The notes beneath the pieces are model-generated. The model was not told the DNA's origin. It searched no databases and worked only from the letters and a program-made list of their open reading frames with translations. Both the position numbers and the translations under genes were made by a program. Positions 26,984 through 38,322 of a DNA stretch of 64,000 nucleotides are shown here, one piece after another; the stretch's first letter is position 1, and each line of letters opens with the position of its first letter. Origin of the DNA: an uncultured Chloroflexia bacterium (lineage in GTDB: Bacteria; Chloroflexota; Limnocylindria; Limnocylindrales; CSP1-4); the NCBI GenBank assembly GCA_963752475.1, contig CAVVYR010000014.1:64001-128000 (forward strand), read 5' to 3'.

Positions 26984-28384
26984 TCAGGCCGTCCCTTCGG
27001 TTGTCTTGGGTTTGTCGAGCACAGGCTCAACCTTGAGCACCATGCCATCGTTGCCGCTGACCTGCACGGTCGCGCCGCGCTCCAGGGTCCCGGTGTCCGA
27101 TCGTGCGGTCCACTCCTCACCGGCGGCGTAGATCGTACCGGTGGGGTCGAGCGGCTTGCGCACCTCACCGGACGTGCCTAGCGGTACCAGCGGCTGGGTG
27201 ATGTGGCTCACGCCCACGACCGTCTGAGGCTTGCGGCGCTGCCGCATGACGACATACATCATGGCGAAGACGATGGCGCCGGTGACGGCGGTCATGAGCA
27301 CGATGATCTCAGGCGCCACGCTGACGTCCGGTGCCGTGGGGTCTCCCGGCTCGGTGTAGAGCGCAGACGCGCCCAAGGCGAAAGCCACCAGGCCACCGAT
27401 GGTCAGCAACCCCCCGCTGGCCACGGTGAACTCGAGCACGAACAGGATCACCGCGAGGCCGATGAGCAAGAGGCCGGCGATGTTGAGCGGCAGGCTGCCG
27501 AAGCCGATGAAGGCCAGGATCAGCGCGAAGGCCCCGAGGATGCCGGTCACGTAGTTGGGGTTCTGCAGCTCGAAGAAGATGCCGTAGAAGCCGAGCGTGA
27601 AGAGGATGAAGGCGATGTTCGGGTCGCTCAGCAGGTGCAGGAACGACTGGAACGGATTCATCCCCAGGCGTTCGATGGGGGCGCCGGCGGTCTCGAGCAC
27701 GACCGCCTCGCCGGCCACGTTCACGGTCATGCCGTCGGCCTGCGACAGCAGGTCCTCGATGGACTCGGCCTTATAGTCGATGGCACCGACCGCGAGAGCC
27801 TCGTCGACCGTGAAAGACAGCGCTTCGGTGACGGTGGATACGGCCCAGTCCACCGGCCGATCGCGCTCCTCGGCGATCGAGGTGATGGTGGCGACGGTGT
27901 CGTTCATGATCTTCTCGCCGAGATCGTCGGGGATGTCCTGGCCGTCACCACTGACCGGGGTGGCGGCACCGATGTTCGTCGCCGGCGCCATCGAGGCTAC
28001 GTGTGCGGCCAGCGTCAGGAACGTGCCGGCGCTGGCAGCGCGAGCTCCGGCCGGGCCCACCCAGACCATCACGGGAACCTCTGCCGAGAGCTCCGACTGG
28101 ACGATCTCCCGTGTCGATTCGAGCGATCCCCCCGGCGTATCGAGCTCGATGACCACGGCAGCGGCTCCCTCGGACACCGCGCGGTCGATCCCCGAGCGCA
28201 GGTACTCGGCCATGATCTGGTCGACGACGCCGTTCGTGGGCAGCACGATGACATGCCCGCCCGCGGTCTCCTCGTCCTGTGCCGTGACCGTGCTCGCGAG
28301 CAGGCTGAGCGTGCCCAGGAGCAGGAGCATCGTGCGGACGAGGGCCAGAGGCTGGATACGACGACGGTTTGCCACAGTGTTCAC
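26984..28384 (-). CDS. nfeD: NfeD membrane-bound ClpP-class serine protease
   Basis: LDTPGG, ARAASAG, TNIGAATPV, TM domain and C-terminal OB fold (GEEWTAR); paired with SPFH. Confidence 0.92.
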   Translation of the reverse strand: MNTVANRRRIQPLALVRTMLLLLGTLSLLASTVTAQDEETAGGHVIVLPTNGVVDQIMAEYLRSGIDRAVSEGAAAVVIELDTPGGSLESTREIVQSELSAEVPVMVWVGPAGARAASAGTFLTLAAHVASMAPATNIGAATPVSGDGQDIPDDLGEKIMNDTVATITSIAEERDRPVDWAVSTVTEALSFTVDEALAVGAIDYKAESIEDLLSQADGMTVNVAGEAVVLETAGAPIERLGMNPFQSFLHLLSDPNIAFILFTLGFYGIFFELQNPNYVTGILGAFALILAFIGFGSLPLNIAGLLLIGLAVILFVLEFTVASGGLLTIGGLVAFALGASALYTEPGDPTAPDVSVAPEIIVLMTAVTGAIVFAMMYVVMRQRRKPQTVVGVSHITQPLVPLGTSGEVRKPLDPTGTIYAAGEEWTARSDTGTLERGATVQVSGNDGMVLKVEPVLDKPKTTEGTA

Positions 28385-28417
28385 CTGGGGCGATTATCCC
28401 ACCGAATCAGGCCGAAT

Positions 28418-29026
28418 TCAGCCGAATCGGACGGGTCCGACCTTTCTTCCTGTCACATGATCGTAAAGGAACTGGCTCCACGTCTCCATGGCGTCGTAGA
28501 CCGGCTCGCACTCCTGGGGGGCGACGAACCGGCCGCTGAGCTTGTCGGTCTCACGCACGTTCAAGGGGCGGCCGGCCGCGTCGGCTTCGAAGACCACGCC
28601 GATGTGGACCTGGCCCACGAGCACATCGTCATCCTTGAGCAGCCCGATCAGCCGTGGCTCGGGTTCCCAGTCTGCGACCATCTCCTCGTGGAACTCGCGT
28701 CGGAGCCCTTCGAGCACGCCGCCATCCTCGGGATTGAGGTGGCCGCCGATGCCGAGCGAGTAGAGATCGTGCAGGCGAGCGTCGCCACCGGCCTGCGTCC
28801 GCTGCATCAGGAACAGCCGCTCTCCGTCGCGCATCAGCAGGTAGGGGATGACCTGCTGCCACTCGGGATCGATCTCGGCCTCGCCACGGGGACGATAGTC
28901 AGCCTCCGCGCTGATCAGGTCGAGCCGGTCGTCGATACCCTCGCTCAGGATGCCCTTCCAGGGGCGATCCCCGATGATGCGGGAGCGTGGGAGCCCGAGG
29001 ACGAGCTCCCCGTCCTTGTCGTTCAG
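28418..29026 (-). CDS. NUDIX-family phosphoesterase
   Basis: QVIPY, SLGIGGHLNP, GLRREFHEE, VGQVHIG. No ATG/GTG/TTG before the conserved N-terminus; putative CTG start at 29026. Confidence 0.8.
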   Translation of the reverse strand: MNDKDGELVLGLPRSRIIGDRPWKGILSEGIDDRLDLISAEADYRPRGEAEIDPEWQQVIPYLLMRDGERLFLMQRTQAGGDARLHDLYSLGIGGHLNPEDGGVLEGLRREFHEEMVADWEPEPRLIGLLKDDDVLVGQVHIGVVFEADAAGRPLNVRETDKLSGRFVAPQECEPVYDAMETWSQFLYDHVTGRKVGPVRFG

Positions 29027-30385
29027 ACCTTCGGGACGGTCTCGAGCGCGTGCTCGATCCGCTCCTCCGGCAGCTCGAAGTCCTCGAGCTCGCCCTGCCA
29101 GGTAGCGGGTGTACGAGGCCGCGTCGAAGTGGCCGTGGCCGCACATGTGGAAGAGGATGTTCGGTGTTTCGCCGGCGTCCTTGGCCTTTGCCACCTCGTC
29201 GATGACGACGGCGATGGCGTGCGCCGGCTCCGGCGCCGGGAGCGCCAGCTCGTTCTGGGTGAACAGGCGGGCGGCGTCGAAGGTCTTCGACTGCGGCACG
29301 GCACGGGCCTCGATGACGTCCTGGTCCTTGAGCAGGCTCACCAGGGGTGCCATGCCGTGGTAGCGCAGGCCGCCAGCGTGGATGGGATCGGGCACGAAGT
29401 CGTGACCGAGCGTGTGCATCTTGACGATCGGCGCCATCTTGCCGGTGTCGCCGTAGTCGTAGGCGTAGACGCCGCGGGTGAGGCTGGGCGCCGCGGTAGG
29501 CTCGGCCGCGATGAAGCGGTAGTCAGCCTCACCACGCAGCTTCTTGCCGATGAACGGAAAGCTCAGGCCGGCGAAGTTGGAGCCGCCACCGGCACAGGCC
29601 ACGATGATGTCGGGGTCCGTCTCCGCCATCTCCATCTGCATCACGGCTTCCTGACCGATGACGGTCTGGTGCAGCAGCACGTGGTTGAGCACTGAGCCCA
29701 GTGAGTAGCGCGTGTTCTCGTGGGTGGCCGCGTCCTCTACGCCCTCGCTGATGGCGATGCCCAGTGAGCCGGGCGTGTCAGGCATCTCCTCCAGCACCTT
29801 GCGGCCGTACTGGGTGCGGTCACTGGGGCTGGCCACGACGTCGGCGCCGTACATCTTCATATGGTTCCGGCGACCGGGCTTGGCGTCATAGGAGGCCTTG
29901 ACCTGATAGATCATGACCTCCAGGCCGAAGATCGCGCCGGCCATCGCCAGGGCCGTGCCCCACTGACCCGCGCCAGTCTCGGTGGTCAGGCGCTCGATGC
30001 CTTCCTGCTTGTTGAAGTACGCCTGCGCGATGGCCGTATTGGGCTTGTGGCTGCCTGCCGGGCTGCCGCCTTCGTACTTGTAGAAGATCTTGCCCTCGTA
30101 GCCCAGGGCGGCCTCCAGCCGATGCGCCCGAAAGAGCGGCGAGGGGCGGTACATCGTGTAGGCCTGCAGCACCGGCTCGGGGATGTCGATGAAGCGCTCG
30201 GTGCTCATCTCCTGGGCGATCAGCGCCATGGGGAAGAGCGGAGCGAGGTCCTCGGGGCCGATGGGCTGGCCGGTGCCGGGGTGGAGCGGCGGGGACAGGG
30301 GCACCGGGAGGTCGGCGTTGATGTTGTACCAGGCGCGCGGGATCTGGTCCTCGGTCAGGATGAACTTCGTCTGCTGCAGCGCCAT
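29023..30385 (-). CDS. trpB2: TrpB-like PLP enzyme (TrpB2) with an apparent +1 frameshift near 29095
   Basis: GSHKPNTA (PLP Lys), TETGAGQWG, GSLGIAISE, GGGSNF, HAGGLRYHG. The normal C-terminus GELEDFELPEERIEHALETVPKV* lies in another frame. Confidence 0.92.
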
Positions 30386-30441
30386 GGCTACGCTCTCCTT
30401 CAGTGCCGTTCGGTCAAGGCTGGTCGTTGGGCCTGTCGAGC

Positions 30442-31023
30442 CTACAACGTGGCCTCATCGAGCGTCACATAGTGCGCCCCGCCGGGATCGAGATGGCTAC
30501 GCACCAGCTGCACGCGGTCGATCTCCCAGTTCACGACGACTGGACCGTGAGCCTGGCTCCGAAGCGCCTCGATCAGCGGCTGGTCGGCCCTGCGCGCAAC
30601 GGTGAGGTGTGCCGAGGGCGTGCGCTTCGGCGGCGGACCGTCAGTGATGTCCGCGGGGCAGCGGTCGGCCGCGAAGGTGGCCGCTTCGATGAGCACTCCG
30701 GCGCCCGCCGACAGGCTCAGCCACGCCGTACCTTCTCGACCGCGTGTCCGGCCGCCGCCCCGGTCGGCTGTGGCGTGATACGGCGCGAAGGCCTCGGCGA
30801 CGCTACGGGTGAGCCACTCGAGCTCGGGCAGACGGTCGGGGGCCACGGCGCCCAGGAAGAGCAGTGTCAGGTGCCAGGTCCGTGGCCGCGTCCAGCGCGC
30901 ATCCGTGTGCCTGCGACGATAGGGCGCCAGCTGCCGATGGAGCTGAGCCCGGGTGTCCTCGGGCACCGGGTGTGCGATGAACAGACGCCACGAACGTGGC
31001 CGGCCCTGCTCGCTCAGGCTCAG
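30442..31023 (-). CDS. thpR: RNA 2',3'-cyclic phosphodiesterase (2H family)
   Basis: Two HxT motifs (HLTL, HLTV). The conserved N-terminal WRLFIAHPVP lies upstream of the first canonical start (30966); putative CTG start at 31023 or 31017. Confidence 0.85.
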   Translation of the reverse strand: MSLSEQGRPRSWRLFIAHPVPEDTRAQLHRQLAPYRRRHTDARWTRPRTWHLTLLFLGAVAPDRLPELEWLTRSVAEAFAPYHATADRGGGRTRGREGTAWLSLSAGAGVLIEAATFAADRCPADITDGPPPKRTPSAHLTVARRADQPLIEALRSQAHGPVVVNWEIDRVQLVRSHLDPGGAHYVTLDEATL

Positions 31024-31772
31024 GCCTCCGCGAGGACCGTCGGTCGGGCGATGCCCAGCAGGTCGAGCAGCTCGCCGAAGTCGTGGATGAGCGCGACCTC
31101 GCCGGTCTCGGTGCCCGCTCCGATCGGCTTGTCGAGCCGGCCCTTGCGGTCGATGAGGATCGGTTCGATGCCCACGCGGCGAGCACCGACCACGTCGGCC
31201 TCCGGGTCGTCGCCCACGTGGATGGCATCCCCGGGGCGGGCGTCGAGCAGGTCCAGCGCGTGTTCGAAGATCGCGCCATGGGGCTTCTGGTAGCCCACGC
31301 GTGCGCTGATGCTCATGACCTCGAAGTGGCGGGCCAGCTCAAGGGTCTGCAGCAGTTCCGGCGCGTGCCAGCCCCAGTTGGAGACGACGGCGAGGCGGAG
31401 TCCGGCCTCCTGCATCGCGTCCAGTGCCGGAACTACGTCGGGGAAGACGAAGAAGGCCGAGCGCTCGCGAAAGGCGAGATCGACGTCGCGGAAGAAGGCC
31501 TCCGGCAGGTTCGGATAGCCGATGCGATCGAAGACCAACTGGTCGAGCTCTGTCAGGCGCTGGAACGAGGCCTCCTCGGTGGCCTCGAACGGGCCTTCGT
31601 GGGCCCACTCGACCCAGGCCGCACGGAACGCCTGCTCGAAGGTCTTGGGGTCGGACTCGATGCCGTAGGCCTCGAAGGTCTTGGCGTAGATCTCGAACCA
31701 CGTCGGGTTCGGCTTGGCCATCGTGTCGCCGACATCGATGAGCACGACACTGGGTTCGGTTCGCAGTTCCAC
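31020..31772 (-). CDS. HAD-IA family hydrolase
   Basis: DVGDT motif I, VVSN, KP, HVGDDPEADV. Confidence 0.92.
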   Translation of the reverse strand: MELRTEPSVVLIDVGDTMAKPNPTWFEIYAKTFEAYGIESDPKTFEQAFRAAWVEWAHEGPFEATEEASFQRLTELDQLVFDRIGYPNLPEAFFRDVDLAFRERSAFFVFPDVVPALDAMQEAGLRLAVVSNWGWHAPELLQTLELARHFEVMSISARVGYQKPHGAIFEHALDLLDARPGDAIHVGDDPEADVVGARRVGIEPILIDRKGRLDKPIGAGTETGEVALIHDFGELLDLLGIARPTVLAEA

Positions 31773-31862
31773 GCTTGCAGTCTAGACACCCCGGCTCTGC
31801 CGGGTGAGCACTTGCTACCACGCGAGCGAACCTGATGTGCCCGCCCTCTGGCGGCCCCCACG

Positions 31863-31891
31863 AAGAAGCCCCGCCCTTGCGGACGGGGCTC
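31863..31891 (-). terminator. Intrinsic terminator after the DnaB-like gene
   Basis: Minus strand gagccccgtcc-GCAA-gggcggggctt followed by cttc. Confidence 0.8.
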
Positions 31892-31911
31892 GACGCTGTG
31901 GAAGCGCGGCG

Positions 31912-33228
31912 TCAGTCGTTGTAGAGACGCTCCTCGATGAGCTTCTCCATGACCGTGCGGCCGTTGGGGTCGAAGCAGGAGAACTCGAAGTACTTCTGGT
32001 ACTCGAGGTCGATCGCGTTCGTGCCACCTCGGTTCTTCTCGATCGTGAGCACGACCCAGTCGCGGAAACGCTGCGCCTGGTACGGGTTGAACTCGATGTT
32101 CACCTTGGCCACGATCTGGTACTTCTCGTTGAGGATGACGATGATGTCCGCCTCGTAGTTGATGGCCGACGAGCCACGCAGGTGGAAGTTGCGCAGACGC
32201 GAGGCCTTGAGGCCCTCCTTGTCCGCGGCCACGATCGAGATCAGCGGCACCTCGTAGTTCAGGGCCAGGTCCTTCAAGCCCTGCACCACGCTGGTGACCT
32301 TCTCGGCCTCGTTGGGTGGCTCGGGGTGGACCGGCACCTTCTGCATGTAGTCGACCATCACGACCAGCCGCTGGTCGCCCGCAAGCTCCTTGTACTTCTC
32401 GACGAGTGCAGCCATGTTCTCGACCGTGCTCGTGGTCTGCGATCCACGCAGCAGGTAGAGGTTGGGGCCGTAGCGGTTGATGCGCTCGAGCGCAGGGCGC
32501 AGGCGCGGGTTGGCACCAAGGTCCGCGTTCTGGCCGCCGGTCGCCATCCACGTGCCCAGGATCTCGTTGCGCACCTCGGTCAGCTTCACGCCACCGCTGC
32601 GCGAGGGCAGGCTGGGCAGCACCGACTCCTGCGCGATGATGCGGTTGAGCAGGTACTCCTCGTCGTGCTCGAAGCAGATATAGAGCACGCTCGCGAGGCC
32701 GCTCATGACGATGTTGCGGGCCATCTGCACGGCCATGGTGGTCTTGCCCGTGCCCTGGGCGCCGCCGATGAGCAGCATCTCTCCGGCGCGGATGCCACCG
32801 CCGATGGACTTGTCCAGCGGCGTGAAACCGAGTGGGACGGGCTGGTACTGCGTGACGTCGCCCTCGGCCACCTTGCCCGCGAGCGTGGTCAGTACCTGCG
32901 TGGCGCTGCGCGGCTCGATGTTGCCGATGCCCGAGTCGTACTTCCAGGTCTTGCCGCCGATGGACTCGTCGGTGGGCGTGATGGCACTCGGTTGTGTCGG
33001 TGCCAGCGTCGACTGCGTCAACGACGGATCGAGGCCGATCGTCTGCGACGTAGGCATGGGCCGGCCGGGTGCCGGTGGCGATGCGGGAGGCGCAGCCGGG
33101 GACAGCGGCGCCAACGGGGGTTGGGCTGCAGGCGGCTGCGGCGGAGCGGCCGCGGGGGCCTCACCGCCGGGCTCGTTCTGCGCGTTCGGCTGGACAGGTC
33201 CAGGGTTGGGGGCTTCAGGAACGGTCAT
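31912..33228 (-). CDS. DnaB-like (SF4) helicase C-terminal domain protein with Pro-rich N-terminus
   Basis: Walker A GAQGTGKT, VMVDYMQ, LRGSSAINYEAD, EKNRGG; no DnaB N-terminal domain. Confidence 0.85.
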   Translation of the reverse strand: MTVPEAPNPGPVQPNAQNEPGGEAPAAAPPQPPAAQPPLAPLSPAAPPASPPAPGRPMPTSQTIGLDPSLTQSTLAPTQPSAITPTDESIGGKTWKYDSGIGNIEPRSATQVLTTLAGKVAEGDVTQYQPVPLGFTPLDKSIGGGIRAGEMLLIGGAQGTGKTTMAVQMARNIVMSGLASVLYICFEHDEEYLLNRIIAQESVLPSLPSRSGGVKLTEVRNEILGTWMATGGQNADLGANPRLRPALERINRYGPNLYLLRGSQTTSTVENMAALVEKYKELAGDQRLVVMVDYMQKVPVHPEPPNEAEKVTSVVQGLKDLALNYEVPLISIVAADKEGLKASRLRNFHLRGSSAINYEADIIVILNEKYQIVAKVNIEFNPYQAQRFRDWVVLTIEKNRGGTNAIDLEYQKYFEFSCFDPNGRTVMEKLIEERLYND

Positions 33229-33350
33229 AGCGGCATGCGAGGCGTGGCCTCACGATCTCCATGTGACAGGCTTCCACGGATCGAATGCTAGCAACGTAGT
33301 GGTGCTGTCAAGGGCGACCCAACCCTCCTAGCCCGCCAGGGCCAGCGGTA

Positions 33351-34730
33351 CTATCCGCGAGCGAGCGCCTCCCAGTAGCGCGCCACCGTGCGAGCGCCCC
33401 CTTCGTAGTTCTCGAGCACCAACGACTCGTTGGGCGAGTGGGCATTGCAGTCGGGGTTGACGAAGCCGAGCATCACGATGGGCAGGCCGAGGACCTTGTC
33501 GAAGCTGGCCACGGCTCCGATGGAGCCGCCTTCGTAGACGTAGTACGGGTCCACCCCGAAGACGTCCTTGAGGCAGGCCGCCGCGGTCTGGGCGGCCGGG
33601 TGCTCGGGACTGACTACGAAGGGCCACATCTCGTCGAGCTGCCGGACCTCGACCTCCACGCCGGGCACGTCCACGGCCATGATCGCGTCGCGAACGCGCT
33701 CGAAGGTCTTGTTGGGGTCCATGCCGGGTGCCAGCCGACAGGAGAACTTGGCGTGGGCGTGCGCGGGGATGATGGTCTTGCTGCCCTCCCCAGTGAACCC
33801 GGACCACATGCCGCAGACGTCGAGCGTGGGGCGCATGCCCTTGCGCTCGAGGGGGCTGTACTCGGGCTCGCCGAACAGCGTGGAGACGCCGATGCCTCCA
33901 GCGAACTCGGCCTCATCGAAGGGCAGGCGCGCGAACTCCGCACGCTCCTCGTCGGAGAGGACGGGTGCCTCATCGTAGAAGCCGGGGACGGTCACACGAC
34001 CCTCCGCGTCGCGCAGCGAAGCCATGATGCGGATGAGCGCGTTGGCCGGGTTCTGGACCATGCCGCCGAAGCCGCCCGAGTGCAGGTCCTGGCTGGGTCC
34101 GGTGACGTCGATCTGGAAGTAGGTGTTGCCGCGAAGGGAGACCGTCAGGGCCGGGTGGTTGCCCTCGTAGAACCCGGTGTCGGTGACGACGACCAGGTCG
34201 CCGCCCAGTCGCTCGGTGTTGGCCCGCAACCAGGCCTCGAAGTTGGGTGAGCCCTCCTCCTCTTCCCCCTCGAAGACGTAGCGGATGTTGACGGGCAGCC
34301 GGCCCTCGGTCTGCATCCAGGCACGTGCGGCCCAGAGGTGCAGGTGGACCTGGCCCTTGTCATCGGCCGCGCCACGGGCATAGATACGACCATCCTCCAC
34401 GCGCGGCTCGAACGGCGGGCGGACCCACAGCTCGAGCGGGTCGACCGGCTGTACGTCGTAGTGGGCATAGACCACGACCGTGGGCGCACCCTCCGCGTGG
34501 AGCCAGTCGGCGTAGACCACCGGGTTGCCGCCGGTAGGCGAGACCTCGACGTTCTCAAGCCCGATATCGCGCATCTTCTGCGCGATCCACTCGGCCCCGC
34601 GCGCCATCTCAGCGGCGTGCTGCGGCAGCGAGCCGATGGTCTCGATCTCAAGGAACTCGATGAAGTCCTCCAGGCGCTCGTCCTTCGTCTGCTCGAGATA
34701 GGCCTCGACGGCCTCGATGGGCGTGCTCAT
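33351..34730 (-). CDS. M20 family dipeptidase
   Basis: YAHYDVQP, ARGAADDKGQ, EGEEE, DLHSG, AHSPNE; ATG 34730 after GGAGAGG. Confidence 0.93.
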   Translation of the reverse strand: MSTPIEAVEAYLEQTKDERLEDFIEFLEIETIGSLPQHAAEMARGAEWIAQKMRDIGLENVEVSPTGGNPVVYADWLHAEGAPTVVVYAHYDVQPVDPLELWVRPPFEPRVEDGRIYARGAADDKGQVHLHLWAARAWMQTEGRLPVNIRYVFEGEEEEGSPNFEAWLRANTERLGGDLVVVTDTGFYEGNHPALTVSLRGNTYFQIDVTGPSQDLHSGGFGGMVQNPANALIRIMASLRDAEGRVTVPGFYDEAPVLSDEERAEFARLPFDEAEFAGGIGVSTLFGEPEYSPLERKGMRPTLDVCGMWSGFTGEGSKTIIPAHAHAKFSCRLAPGMDPNKTFERVRDAIMAVDVPGVEVEVRQLDEMWPFVVSPEHPAAQTAAACLKDVFGVDPYYVYEGGSIGAVASFDKVLGLPIVMLGFVNPDCNAHSPNESLVLENYEGGARTVARYWEALARG

Positions 34731-34777
34731 AGAAACCTCTCCCCGGGTGATGGGCTGTGGTCGATGTGCGATCGAGC

Positions 34778-36775
<1,998 letters not shown>

Positions 36776-36940
36776 GAATGACCTGCTTTCGAAGTGAGAC
36801 CGCCCGGGTAGCCGGGTCGGGAACCGCGATTATAGGCGCGCAGGCGGATTCGCCCATCTCTGCGGTGTGACAAGCGGGGCGGAGGGGCAACGCCCGCCGC
36901 CGCCCCAACCGCGCGGATGGGCTACCATGTCCGCCGCACC

Positions 36941-37015
36941 GGCTGGGTAGCTCAGTGGCAGAGCAAACGGCTCATAATCGTTAGGTCGGCAGTTCGAATC
37001 TGCCCCCAGCCACCA
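36941..37015 (+). tRNA. tRNA with CAT anticodon (elongator Met or Ile2)
   Basis: Cloverleaf: GGCTGGG/CCCAGCC, GCTC/GAGC, AACGG-CTCATAA-TCGTT, GGCAG-TTCGAAT-CTGCC, encoded ACCA end. Confidence 0.95.
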
Positions 37016-37115
37016 CTCTTGATATCGACGGACCCTCGGCGTCGCATGACGGCGGCACCGGGGGTCTCTCCATGTCCGGCGGCCTCACTCGGCCGAGGCG
37101 TGGCACACTCGGGGC

Positions 37116-37307
37116 ATGAACGCACTGCGCGCGGTCTTCTCGGCCGTGGCCGACTCGATGACGCCTGACGGCACGATGGCACGGATCCGATTCCGCACCA
37201 CTCTCGACATGCTGGTCACGTTCGCGGTGACGTTGCTCGCGATCGCCCTCGCCATCGGCTACCAGATCATCGGTCCTCTGGTGCGCCGCATGGGCTGGCT
37301 CGACTGA
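37116..37307 (+). CDS. Small membrane protein (63 aa)
   Basis: Single hydrophobic helix; CACACT 6 nt upstream of the ATG. Confidence 0.65.
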   Translation: MNALRAVFSAVADSMTPDGTMARIRFRTTLDMLVTFAVTLLAIALAIGYQIIGPLVRRMGWLD

Positions 37308-37323
37308 CCGCGAGCCGACCCGG

Positions 37324-38322
37324 ATGAGCATGGACCAGGGCCCGCGATGGGAGCCCGTGGAGCCGCCCGTCTCGCAGCCGTCCGGACCCAAGCGCATGCG
37401 CCTCGGCGAGGTCTTCGATGTCGGAACCCGCATCCTGCGCCGGCATTGGGCTGTCTTGCTACTGACAGCGCTCCTGTTCGCAGGCCCCGGCGCACTCCTC
37501 AGCTCGGCCACTGCGATGCGCTTCACGGAGGTCTTCATCGATCTCTTCCCGGAGTTCGAGGATGGCGCCCTCGTGGACACGGGCCGCATCTTCACCGCCG
37601 CCGAGCTCGAGCGGGCGCTCGATGCGGTCATCCCCTTCCTGGGAGCCTCACTCGTAGCCGGCGTGCTCGGCAGCATCGGTGCGCTGGCTTTCAGCGCCAC
37701 CGTGGCAGAGGACTACCACGCCCGTCCCGCCGGAGCCGGCACCATCCTGCGCGTCAGTCTGCGGCGTGCGCCCAGCGCCCTCGTCTTCATGCTCGTGACC
37801 GGACTGATGGTCGTGGGCCTCACGGTCCTGGGCCTCCTCGGCATGTCGGTCGCGACGCTGATCCTGCCGGCCGCGGGCGGCGGCGGTCCGGGTGTGTTCC
37901 TGGCCCTCATCGTGGCAGTAGCCATGGTCGTGGCGCTCGTCTACCTCACGATGCGCTGGGCGCCGGCCTACCCAGTGATGGTGGAAGAGGATGCGGGCTG
38001 GCGCGAGGCGTTGCGTCGCAGCTGGCACCTCAGCGGCGACAACGTGCTGCGCATCTTCGCGGTCTCGGCCGTGATCGCACTCATGACGGCCATCATCAGC
38101 TCCGTCCTGGGTGCGCTCTTCGAGGCCGCGCTCGCGGGCTTCCTGGCTCCGACGCTGGGGCTCGACGAGCTCGTCGCGAGCACCATCGCCCTGGCCGTGG
38201 CCTCGGCCTTCGTGGCTCCGGCGATGGCGGTGTTCACGGCCGTGCTTTACTTCGATCTGCGCGCCCGTCGTGACCAGCCAGATCCACCGTCGGCCCCGTC
38301 GTCGCACGACCCATACGCCTAA
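37324..38322 (+). CDS. Integral membrane protein (GDPD-membrane-domain-like)
   Basis: RMRLGEVFD, EALRRSWHL and LYFDLRARRD motifs; about 6 TMs. Confidence 0.8.
   Translation: MSMDQGPRWEPVEPPVSQPSGPKRMRLGEVFDVGTRILRRHWAVLLLTALLFAGPGALLSSATAMRFTEVFIDLFPEFEDGALVDTGRIFTAAELERALDAVIPFLGASLVAGVLGSIGALAFSATVAEDYHARPAGAGTILRVSLRRAPSALVFMLVTGLMVVGLTVLGLLGMSVATLILPAAGGGGPGVFLALIVAVAMVVALVYLTMRWAPAYPVMVEEDAGWREALRRSWHLSGDNVLRIFAVSAVIALMTAIISSVLGALFEAALAGFLAPTLGLDELVASTIALAVASAFVAPAMAVFTAVLYFDLRARRDQPDPPSAPSSHDPYA

Noticed and set aside
31912-33228. Replicative dnaB or prophage helicase
   Set aside because: It lacks the DnaB N-terminal domain and has no phage neighbours; kept as an atypical paralog.
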